NCBI GenBank assembly: GCA_029263725.1 | Contig: JAJUFS010000002.1 | Span: 785-64,784 of the forward strand | Length of the DNA: 64,000 nt | Direction of reading: 5' to 3' | Source: Gammaproteobacteria bacterium | GTDB lineage: Bacteria; Pseudomonadota; Gammaproteobacteria; Natronospirales; JAJUFS01 | Part shown: positions 46,927 to 54,985 of the stretch, one piece after another | How the letters are laid out: every line of letters starts with the position of its first letter | Numbering within the stretch: position 1 is the stretch's first letter | Notes under the pieces: model-generated | The model's database searches: none | What the model was told of the DNA's origin: nothing | Seen by the model: only the letters and a program-made list of their open reading frames with translations | Program-made: the position numbers and the translations under genes

Positions 46927-46931
46927 TTTTC

Positions 46932-46965
46932 GGCGGATCACGCGAGCTGCGCTCGCTGATCCGCC
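46932..46965. repeat. REP-like imperfect palindrome with adjacent GTAG/CTAC tetranucleotide
   Basis: The element is GGCGGATCACGCGAGC-TGC-GCTCGCTGATCCGCC followed by CTAC. A 25/26-nt match in inverted orientation occurs at 61757-61782. Confidence 0.6.
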
Positions 46966-47049
46966 CTACGCGCCCGGCCGGAAACCGGAAACACGTAGTT
47001 TCTGTATCCCGGAGGGCGGATCCCGCCGCAAGCGGTGTAATACGCCGTC

Positions 47050-47727
47050 TTATAGATAACCTTTACGACTCGATGAAAGCCGATCCGCGAAACGGATCGG
47101 TTCAGGCAAGCGATAACGCGTGGTGAAACGCAGCACGAATTCCATCGCGCTTTCGATGCCGACACGGTGACCGGTGGAGACGTACAGCGGCTTGACGCGG
47201 TCGCGGGTGCGCACCACGCGGCCGATGACTTCCTCCTTGTCGATGAGCGGCGTCCACGCGCCACGTTTCGTGCCGGGCTCATCGTGCTCGCCGACCAGCC
47301 GCGACTTGCCGACGCCGATGGACGGCAGGTCCAGCCACAGCCCGAGATGCGCGGCCACGCCAAGACGGCGCGGATGCGCGATGCCCTGCCCGTCGCAAAG
47401 CAGGAGGTCGGGCAGCACGCGCAGGGTTTCGAGGGCGTTGATCAATGCGGGCAATTCGCGGAAGGACAGCAGGCCGGGCACGTAGGGAAAGCGCGTCGCT
47501 TCCCGGTGCAGCACCTGCTCGATGACTTCCAGGCTTTCGGCATCGAGCACGACGATGGCGGCGCGCGTGACGCGGCCCTTGTCCTCGAAGCCGACATCCA
47601 CGCCGGCGACGCGGCGGATGTCGCGGAAGTCATCCGTACGCACCACGCGCGGCGCGAGCGTCTTCTGCAGCTCGCGCGCCTCGCCGGGCGCGAGGTTCCA
47701 GTCGTGCAGCGCGCGGAACTTCACCAT
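47050..47727 (-). CDS. nfi: endonuclease V (deoxyinosine 3' endonuclease)
   Basis: VAGVDVGF, FPYVPGLLSFRE, LLCDGQGIAHPRRLGVAAHLG and GVGKSRL are canonical Nfi blocks. Confidence 0.95.
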   Translation of the reverse strand: MVKFRALHDWNLAPGEARELQKTLAPRVVRTDDFRDIRRVAGVDVGFEDKGRVTRAAIVVLDAESLEVIEQVLHREATRFPYVPGLLSFRELPALINALETLRVLPDLLLCDGQGIAHPRRLGVAAHLGLWLDLPSIGVGKSRLVGEHDEPGTKRGAWTPLIDKEEVIGRVVRTRDRVKPLYVSTGHRVGIESAMEFVLRFTTRYRLPEPIRFADRLSSSRKGYL

Positions 47728-48422
47728 TGCAGGCCCGCCAGCCAGTCGCGCAGCAGGCGTTCGCCGGCCTCGCGCAGGCGCGGCGCATGTCGCTCCGCCT
47801 GTTCCCGCAACGCCTGCACGCCTGGGGCACGCGGATCACGCAGCGCTCGGTAGTGGCCCACGTACCAGGTTTCCAGTCCCTGCGCCGTCACCTCGGGATG
47901 GAACTGCACGCCGAGCAGGTTGCGCCCGGCGATCATTGCCTGGTTGGGACAGTCGTCGGTCGATGCCAGCGGCAGGCAATGCTCGGGAAGGTCGAAGACG
48001 TCGCTGTGCCAGTGAAACACCGGCACGCCGTCGAGATGCGCGAGCGGCGTCTGCATGGCAAGTTCGGTAAGCCTGAGCGGCTTCCAGCCGATCTCGGCGC
48101 GATGCCCTTCGGCGACCTTCGCGCCCGCCGCGCGCGCCATCAGCTGCGCGCCGAGGCAGATGCCCAGCGTCGGCAGGTCGCGCTCCAGGCGATGGCGCAA
48201 CAACGCAAGCTCCTCGCCGAGGAAGGGATAATCCGCCTCATCGTTCGCGCCCAGCGGAGCGCCGAGCACGACCAGCAGGTCCGGATCCAGTTTCGCGATC
48301 GAACCCGGTGCGGCTTTCGGCGCATCAATGTGACGCACGTGGAAGCCGGCCTCCTGCAGCGTCTCCTGCCAGTAGCCGAGATCCTCGAACTCAAGATGAC
48401 GTATGGCGATGCATTCGCGCAT
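47721..48422 (-). CDS. class I glutamine amidotransferase-like protein (GATase1, GuaA-N-like)
   Basis: It has the nucleophile elbow GICLGAQL and the later FHPE motif. The 3' end overlaps the nfi start by 7 nt. Confidence 0.85.
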   Translation of the reverse strand: MRECIAIRHLEFEDLGYWQETLQEAGFHVRHIDAPKAAPGSIAKLDPDLLVVLGAPLGANDEADYPFLGEELALLRHRLERDLPTLGICLGAQLMARAAGAKVAEGHRAEIGWKPLRLTELAMQTPLAHLDGVPVFHWHSDVFDLPEHCLPLASTDDCPNQAMIAGRNLLGVQFHPEVTAQGLETWYVGHYRALRDPRAPGVQALREQAERHAPRLREAGERLLRDWLAGLQW

Positions 48423-48445
48423 GGCGACTCCGCGACTGGCTGGAT

Positions 48446-49501
48446 TCAGAACAGGTCGGCCTGGCCGGAAAGGTTCGGCGGGCGGAAGCGTGTTTCATCC
48501 AGCGTGGGCCAGGGCTCTTCGTTCAGTCCGTGGCGGCGGCAGGCGATGCGGAAACGCTTTCTCAGCATCTCGGCGTACTCGCCCTTGCCGCGCATGCGCT
48601 CGCCGAAGTTCGATGAATACTCGCGTCCGTCGCGCGACTGCCTCACCAGCGACATGACATGCGCCGCGCGCATCGGCATGTGCGCCTCCAGCCAGTCCTT
48701 GAACAGCGGCGCGACCTCATGCGGCAGGCGCAGGAAGATGTAGGCGGCCCAGCGCGCGCCGGCATTCGCCACCGCTTCCAGGATGCGTTCAAGCTCGCTG
48801 TCGTTGACCGCGGGAATCACCGGCGCCACCAGCACGGTGACCGGCACGCCCGCCGCGGTCAGCTCGCGGATCACGTTGAGCCGCGCCTGCGGCGAGGCGG
48901 CGCGCGGTTCCAGGGTGCGCTTGAGATTCGCATCCAGCGTGGTGAGGCTGACCGAAACGGACACCAGCCTCTCGCGCGCCATCGCGGCAAGGATGTCGAG
49001 ATCGCGCAGGATGAGACTGCCCTTGGTGATCAGCGTGACGGGATGATGCGTCTCCGCCAGCACTTCGAGGCATTCGCGGGTGACGCGGTATTTCTTCTCG
49101 ATGGGCTGGTAGGGATCGGTGTTCGAGCCGATGTTGATCGGACTGCAGCGGTAGCCCTTCTTCGCGAGGGTTTCGCGCAGCAGCCGCGCCGCGTCCTGCT
49201 TGTAGAACAGGATGCTCTCGAAATCGAGGCCCGGCGACAGATCCACGTAGGCATGCGAAGGGCGCGCATAACAATAAATGCAGCCATGCTCGCAGCCGCG
49301 ATAAGGATTGATGGACTGCTCGAAGGGAATGTCGGGCGAGCGATTGATGGCGATGATGCTCCTGGCACGCTCGGGCCGGACCTCGGTGGCGACACTGTCC
49401 GGCACCGCCTCCAGGTCGCGCTCGACATCGGTGCCGGCAAAGCGCCCGGGAAGGTTCAGTGTTGCGCCGCGGCCGGGGCGTATCTTGCGAGGTTCGCTCA
49501 T
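48446..49501 (-). CDS. PA0069-family radical SAM protein (COG1533, SplB-like)
   Basis: NPYRGCEHGCIYCYAR is the CxxxCxxC radical-SAM cluster motif. The N-terminal GRGATLNLPGRF is typical of this family. Confidence 0.88.
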   Translation of the reverse strand: MSEPRKIRPGRGATLNLPGRFAGTDVERDLEAVPDSVATEVRPERARSIIAINRSPDIPFEQSINPYRGCEHGCIYCYARPSHAYVDLSPGLDFESILFYKQDAARLLRETLAKKGYRCSPINIGSNTDPYQPIEKKYRVTRECLEVLAETHHPVTLITKGSLILRDLDILAAMARERLVSVSVSLTTLDANLKRTLEPRAASPQARLNVIRELTAAGVPVTVLVAPVIPAVNDSELERILEAVANAGARWAAYIFLRLPHEVAPLFKDWLEAHMPMRAAHVMSLVRQSRDGREYSSNFGERMRGKGEYAEMLRKRFRIACRRHGLNEEPWPTLDETRFRPPNLSGQADLF

Positions 49502-49540
49502 GCCGGCATTGTCCGCCCGGCCGTGGCATGCAGCAAGCGG

Positions 49541-50419
49541 CTATGCGGCCGGCAGCTCCGGCAGCAGGTAGCGCTCCCACAACGCGTTCTCGAACTTCGC
49601 GCGGAAGAAGCCGAAATGGCCGATGTGCTTCACGCCCGCATCATCAGGCGAGATGCGCCGGAAGCTCTTCGGCGCGTTGACGTAGAAGGAATGGATGGAT
49701 TCGGTGTTGCGTGCCGACATGTAGTCGTCGTCGGTGAACGACAGGGAAAGCATTGGCGTGCGTACCGCCGCGTACTTCTGCCGTGCCCACTCGCCCTCGA
49801 CGCCGGCCAGGTATTCCGGATGCAGGCACCAGCGCCGCCACTGTTCCATGACACGCCGCGGCAGGTCGCCGACCTTGCGTAACCGGCGCCCCGGAAAGTA
49901 ATCGAACAGCGGCAGCGTCACCGGCACGATGACGTACCACAGCCACCACACCACGCGCTTGAGCCTGGGCGAATTCTCGCGCCAGTAACCGCTGCCGGTG
50001 GCGATGGTGATGATGCGCGCAAGCTCTGCGTGGTTCGGCACGAACGGCACGATCTGCCCGCCCAGGCTGTGACCCAGCCACGTAAGCGGCACTCGCGGCG
50101 CCTGCGCGCGCAGGAATTCGAGCGCGGCCGCGCAGTCACGCCCTGCCCAGTCCTCGATGACGTCGGCGTGGAAGCCGCGCAGGCTGCCCTGGCGCGAAAG
50201 CCCGGTGCCGCGGTAGTCGAAGGTAAGCGCCGCGAAGCCCCTGCGTGCCAGCCAGTCGGCAAGGTCGGCGTAATAGGTCTGGGCGACCCCGAAGGCGGGG
50301 ACGATCAGCACGGCGCCGCGCGGCGCATCGCCAGGTGCGAACAGGCGCGCGACGACGGGATGACCGTCATCGGTGATGAGTCGCTGTTCGGCGTACGGCA
50401 TCGCTGCGCTTCCCGGCAT
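49541..50419 (-). CDS. alpha/beta hydrolase
   Basis: It has the nucleophile elbow GHSLGG and an overall alpha/beta-fold layout. The start is 50419 or 50401. Confidence 0.8.
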   Translation of the reverse strand: MPGSAAMPYAEQRLITDDGHPVVARLFAPGDAPRGAVLIVPAFGVAQTYYADLADWLARRGFAALTFDYRGTGLSRQGSLRGFHADVIEDWAGRDCAAALEFLRAQAPRVPLTWLGHSLGGQIVPFVPNHAELARIITIATGSGYWRENSPRLKRVVWWLWYVIVPVTLPLFDYFPGRRLRKVGDLPRRVMEQWRRWCLHPEYLAGVEGEWARQKYAAVRTPMLSLSFTDDDYMSARNTESIHSFYVNAPKSFRRISPDDAGVKHIGHFGFFRAKFENALWERYLLPELPAA

Positions 50420-50448
50420 GGAAAGCGGCGATTATGCCGCGCCGCGTC

Positions 50449-51033
50449 TCAATGCGTCACGCCGTGCGGCTGCACGCCAGGCGTCGACGGGTGCGATGCG
50501 ATGTCCGCGAAGACCTCGTCCAGCGGCGTGCGGGCGATGTGGTTGACGTAGTTGGAGAGCGTCTTCATCGCGACGATGAAGGCGATGTCGACGATGTTGC
50601 CTTCCTGGAAATCCGCTTCGATGAAGTCACGCACTTCTTCGTCGGAAAGCCGGCCGCGCCGTTCCACCATGCCGGTGACGAAGACCCGCAGCGATTCGAA
50701 GCGTTCGTTGTTCTCGATGGGCTCGCCGTCGCGTATCGCCTGCACGGTTTCCTCATCGAGCCCGGCCCGGCCGGCCTCGGCGGCGTCAGCGGCGAGGCAG
50801 TATTCGCATCCGTTGGCGGCGCTCGCCGCCAGCAGCGCCACGCGCCGTTCCGCCGGCGACATGTCACAGTCCTCCACCAGCTTGTTCATCGCCACAAAGG
50901 CGCGCAGCGCGGAAGGCGAATGCGCCAGCACGCGCAGGAGATTGGACACGCCGCCGTGATCCTCCACGGAGCTCAGCACGTCCCGCGAGCCTTCCGGCGC
51001 CTCGTTCATCTCCAGCGGCTTGAGAAATTCCAT
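50449..51033 (-). CDS. carboxymuconolactone decarboxylase (AhpD-like) family protein
   Basis: It has the CMD domain with a CEYC (CxxC) motif. Confidence 0.85.
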   Translation of the reverse strand: MEFLKPLEMNEAPEGSRDVLSSVEDHGGVSNLLRVLAHSPSALRAFVAMNKLVEDCDMSPAERRVALLAASAANGCEYCLAADAAEAGRAGLDEETVQAIRDGEPIENNERFESLRVFVTGMVERRGRLSDEEVRDFIEADFQEGNIVDIAFIVAMKTLSNYVNHIARTPLDEVFADIASHPSTPGVQPHGVTH

Positions 51034-51113
51034 GATCGTCCCCTCTGTTCAGCCATGAATTGGCGATGACGGCAAAGGACGCGGTTTCAAGACCGGAAAA
51101 ACACCGGCAAGGC

Positions 51114-53321
51114 CTACATGTTGGCGGCGCGCTTGACGCGCACCCGGGGGTTCTCGCTTATCCAGCGGATGTAGTCGGCATTGGACAGCGGCGGGCTGAT
51201 GAGATGGCCCTGCACCTCGTGGCAGCCCTGCCGCGACAGGAAGAACAGCTGCTCCAGCGTCTCCACGCCCTCGCCGATCACTTCCAGGTTGAGCTTGTGG
51301 GCGAGCGCGATGATGGCGCTGGCGATGGCGGCGTCGTTGCCGTCGCTGGTGACGTCGCGCACGAAGCTCTGGTCGATCTTCAGCTTGTGGATGGGGAAGC
51401 GCTTCAGGTAGTTGAGCGAGGAATAACCCACGCCGAAGTCGTCCACCGAGATGGTGATGCCGAGCGCGTTGAGCTTCTCCAGCGTCTTGATGGTGGACTC
51501 GATCTTGGTCGCCAGCGTGCCCTCGGTGATCTCGATGTTGAGGCGCTTCGGATCCAGCCCGGTCTCGTCTAGGATGCGCGCCACGTCGCCGACCAGGTCG
51601 CGCTTGGCGAACTGCCGCGAGGAGAAGTTCACCGCGATGCGCACCGGCGGCAGGCCCAGGCTCTGCCAGCCGACGGCATGCCGGCAGACCTCGCGCAGCA
51701 CCCAGTCGCCGACCTCGACGATCAGCCCGGTTTCCTCCAGCAGCGGGATGAAGCGCTTCGGCCCGACGATGCCTTCCTCGGGATGCTGCCAGCGCAACAG
51801 CGCCTCGACGCCGACCACCTCGGACGTGTCGATGGACACCTGCGGCTGGTAATAGACGACGAACTCGCGCCGCTCCACCGCGCGGCGCAGCTCCTGTTCC
51901 AGCTTGAGGCGGGCGGTGTCTTCCTCGCCTTCGACCTCCGAGTAGAAGCGATAGGTATTCTTGCCGACCTGCTTGGCACGGTACATGGCGCTGTCGGCCT
52001 TGCGCAGCAGGGTGTGCACGTCAGTGCCGTCGCCGGGGAAACGCGCGATGCCAATGGAGCCGGTCACGTACATCTCGCGGCCATCGACCAGGAAGGGCAG
52101 CGACAGCTCGCGCAGCACCTTGCGCGCCACCTTGCCGATGTCGCTCATCGACTGCATGGATTCCAGCACGATGGCGAACTCGTCGCCGCCCAGGCGCGCC
52201 ACCGTGTCGTGATCGCGCACCGTGTTCTGCAGGCGCGCCGCCACCTCGCCGAGAAAGCGGTCGCCGAAGTGATGGCCGACGGTGTCGTTGATGGCCTTGA
52301 AGCCGTCGAGATCAATGAACATCACGCCGACGCTGCGGTTGTCGCGCCGGCCGCGCGACAGCGCCTGCTCGATGCGCTCCATCAGCCGCACGCGATTCGG
52401 CAGGCCGGTGACCGCGTCGTGGTGCGCCATGTACTCCAGCTTTTCCTTGGCCTGGATGCGCTCGGAGATGTCCACGCCGGTGGCGATGAAGTGCGTGATG
52501 CGGCCATGCGCATCCTTGAGCGGCGTGATGGTCTTCTCTTCGTGGTAGACGCCGCCGTCCTTGCGGCGGTTGATGAGTTCGCAGCGGAACACCTCGCCGC
52601 GCTCGATGGCCTTCCACATCGCGGCGAACACTTCCGGGTCCTGCTCGTCGGAGCGCAGCATGTCCGGCGTCTTGCCGATGACCTCCTCGCGGTGGAAGCC
52701 GGTGATGGTCTCGAAGGCCGGGTTCACGTACTCGATGACGCCTTCACGGTTGGTGACCATGACCGAGTCGGCGGCATGGGTGAGCGCGCTGGACAGCTTG
52801 AGCATCTCGGTCTGCGCCTTGCGGCGCCGGTTCACCTCGATGCGCAGCCGGCGGCGTTCCTCGCGCAGCTCCTGCTCGGCGGCGGTGAGCTTCTCCTGCA
52901 GCGCCTCGCGCTGCTCCACCAGCCAGGCCTCGCGCTTGTGCAGGTGCTCGAGGACTTCATCGAAGCGTACATAAAGCTCGCTGAACTCGGCGACCTGGCC
53001 GTGACGCAGGCGGCGGCGGAAGTCGCGGCCCTCGATCAGGTCGCGGATGGAGTCCGCCAGCGCGCCCAGCGGATCGCCCAGCTGGCTGCGCAGGCGCTCG
53101 GCAAGGATGTGCAGCTGCAGGCGAAAGCCCGCCAGCAGCACGACGCCCAGCGTCAGGTAGCCGAGAAAACGGTGGTAGTTTGGGGTATCGGCGTCGAACA
53201 GGTGGAATTCGAGCAGGCAAAAGCCGCCGAAGGCCAGCGCGAAAGCCGCCAGCGCAGTGATCACGACAGCACGGTTGAGGCCGGCAGCGAGTGCCGGCAC
53301 CACTTTTTCCTGCTCGCGCAC
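51114..53321 (-). CDS. membrane sensor with HAMP-like linker, PAS, GGDEF and EAL domains (c-di-GMP turnover)
   Basis: Two N-terminal TM helices are followed by a PAS block ([22 protein letters not shown]), an intact GGDEF ([11 protein letters not shown]), and EALLRW and [16 protein letters not shown] motifs. Confidence 0.93.
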   Translation of the reverse strand: MREQEKVVPALAAGLNRAVVITALAAFALAFGGFCLLEFHLFDADTPNYHRFLGYLTLGVVLLAGFRLQLHILAERLRSQLGDPLGALADSIRDLIEGRDFRRRLRHGQVAEFSELYVRFDEVLEHLHKREAWLVEQREALQEKLTAAEQELREERRRLRIEVNRRRKAQTEMLKLSSALTHAADSVMVTNREGVIEYVNPAFETITGFHREEVIGKTPDMLRSDEQDPEVFAAMWKAIERGEVFRCELINRRKDGGVYHEEKTITPLKDAHGRITHFIATGVDISERIQAKEKLEYMAHHDAVTGLPNRVRLMERIEQALSRGRRDNRSVGVMFIDLDGFKAINDTVGHHFGDRFLGEVAARLQNTVRDHDTVARLGGDEFAIVLESMQSMSDIGKVARKVLRELSLPFLVDGREMYVTGSIGIARFPGDGTDVHTLLRKADSAMYRAKQVGKNTYRFYSEVEGEEDTARLKLEQELRRAVERREFVVYYQPQVSIDTSEVVGVEALLRWQHPEEGIVGPKRFIPLLEETGLIVEVGDWVLREVCRHAVGWQSLGLPPVRIAVNFSSRQFAKRDLVGDVARILDETGLDPKRLNIEITEGTLATKIESTIKTLEKLNALGITISVDDFGVGYSSLNYLKRFPIHKLKIDQSFVRDVTSDGNDAAIASAIIALAHKLNLEVIGEGVETLEQLFFLSRQGCHEVQGHLISPPLSNADYIRWISENPRVRVKRAANM

Positions 53322-53469
53322 GGTAGTCCCCGAACCGCGGAATGGGCATTACGCCCCTCCCCGCGCTCCTCGCTTATACCAAACGCGAGGTAACCGCTCC
53401 AGTAATTCGGGTGAGAAATCCCTCTTCGCGGGGACGATCAGGGCGGCCCGATTCCGGGCCGCCAGGAGA

Positions 53470-54849
53470 TCACTGGTAATCGATCCAGACGCCGATCACC
53501 ACGGCCAGCATGCCGCCCAGCACCAGCTTGACCATCAGCGGCCAGATGAAGCGGAACCAGCGGTCGTACGGGATGCCGGCGAGGCCGAGGATGCCCATGA
53601 GCACGGCGTTGGTGGGCACGATCATGTTCATGAAGCCGTCGCCCATCTGGAAGGCCAGCACCGCCACCTGGCGCGACACGCCGACGAGATCGGAGATCGG
53701 CGCCATCAGCGGCATCATCACGTAGGCCTGGCCTGAACCGGACGGCACGAAGAAGTTCATCACGCTCTGGATCAGCACCATGCCGGCAGCGGAAAGCTCG
53801 GGGCCGACCTTGGCCAGCGGCGAAGCCATGGCGTTGACGATGGTGTGCAGCACCTGGCCGTCTTCGAGGATGAGCGCGATGCCGCGCGCGAAGCCGATCA
53901 GCAGCGCCGTGGTGGCGAGCTCCGACGCGCCATGGCCGAAGATGCGCGCGGTGTCGTCGAACTTCTGCCGGGCGATCACGGCGGCGACGATGGCCAGCGC
54001 CACGAAGATCGCGCCGAGCTCGGTGAAATACCAGCCGTGGCTCGCGATGCCCCAGATCATGAACACCAGCGCGGCCAGCGTGACCAGCAGGATCAGGCGG
54101 CGGCGCAGGTCCAGCGGCGGGTACTCGCTGGGCTGCGGCGGCTGCGCCTCCGGCACGTCGTGCACCACGCTCGCCTCGGGGTTGGCGCGCACCCGGCTGG
54201 CATAGCGCCAGACGTGATGGAAGCCGATGATGAAGAACGGCAGGGAAAGGATGACGCGGTACAGCCAGCCCGAGGTGGGCGGCACCTCCGCCACGCCCTG
54301 CGCGACCAGCACCGTGAACGGGTTGAGCACCGCCACGCCATAACCGATGCCGTAACCCACCACCATGGTGGCCACGGCCGAGACCGTGTCCATGCGCAGC
54401 GCGACGCACAGGCTGATGAGGATCAGCACCAGCGGGATGTACTCCTCGGCCATGCCTATGGTGGAGGAACCCGCCAGGAAAGCCGCCATGCCCATGAAGA
54501 TCAGCAGCGCTGGCCGGTGCGAGAAACGGCTCAGCACCCGGCCAAGCATGGCGTCGATGGCACCCGTGGAACGCAGCACCGCCAGCGAGCCGCCGATCAG
54601 CAACAGGAAGAAGATGATGCCCTGGGCATCCTCGAGCGCGCGCGGGATGGCGGTGAACAAATGCCATGCCGGCAGCTTCGGCTGCTCTTCGAGGTGATGG
54701 AAGGTGCCGGGCACCACCACGGAGCGGCCATGATCATCGACCGCAGTGTCGAAGGCACCGGCCGGCACCAGCCAGGTGGCGACATACGCCAGCACCATCA
54801 TTGAAAACAGCAGCACCAGCGTGTGCGGCACCTTGAAGCTCTTCATCAT
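53470..54849 (-). CDS. YfcC family (DcuC-like C4-dicarboxylate anaerobic carrier superfamily) transporter
   Basis: The N-terminus [31 protein letters not shown] is typical of YfcC. The protein is polytopic and 459 aa long. Confidence 0.85.
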   Translation of the reverse strand: MMKSFKVPHTLVLLFSMMVLAYVATWLVPAGAFDTAVDDHGRSVVVPGTFHHLEEQPKLPAWHLFTAIPRALEDAQGIIFFLLLIGGSLAVLRSTGAIDAMLGRVLSRFSHRPALLIFMGMAAFLAGSSTIGMAEEYIPLVLILISLCVALRMDTVSAVATMVVGYGIGYGVAVLNPFTVLVAQGVAEVPPTSGWLYRVILSLPFFIIGFHHVWRYASRVRANPEASVVHDVPEAQPPQPSEYPPLDLRRRLILLVTLAALVFMIWGIASHGWYFTELGAIFVALAIVAAVIARQKFDDTARIFGHGASELATTALLIGFARGIALILEDGQVLHTIVNAMASPLAKVGPELSAAGMVLIQSVMNFFVPSGSGQAYVMMPLMAPISDLVGVSRQVAVLAFQMGDGFMNMIVPTNAVLMGILGLAGIPYDRWFRFIWPLMVKLVLGGMLAVVIGVWIDYQ

Positions 54850-54888
54850 TGTCTCCCGCCCCGGCGCCTTTCGCGCCCTTCTCGGAGA

Positions 54889-54918
54889 AACGCCCCTCGG
54901 CGAGGGGCGTTCGTTTTT
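54889..54918. terminator. GC-rich hairpin terminator between the M2 peptidase gene and yfcC
   Basis: The 10-bp stem AACGCCCCTC/GAGGGGCGTT has loop GGC. The plus strand continues CGTTTTT, and the minus-strand transcript continues TTTCTCC. Confidence 0.6.
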
Positions 54919-54920
54919 CT

Positions 54921-54985
54921 GAGGGAGAAGGAAGAAGTGAGAAGGGAGAAGAGAAAATCCTTTCTACCTTCTGCCTTCTACCTTA
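54921..54985. repeat. AGAAGG/CCTTCT purine-pyrimidine hairpin element, copy A (abuts the stop codon of the M2 peptidase gene)
   Basis: The purine arm GAGGGAGAAGGAAGAAGTGAGAAGGGAGAAGAGAAAA faces the pyrimidine arm TCCTTTCTACCTTCTGCCTTCTACCTTA. It shares the core AGGAAGAAG(G/T)GAG with the copies at 61682 and 61899. Confidence 0.6.
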
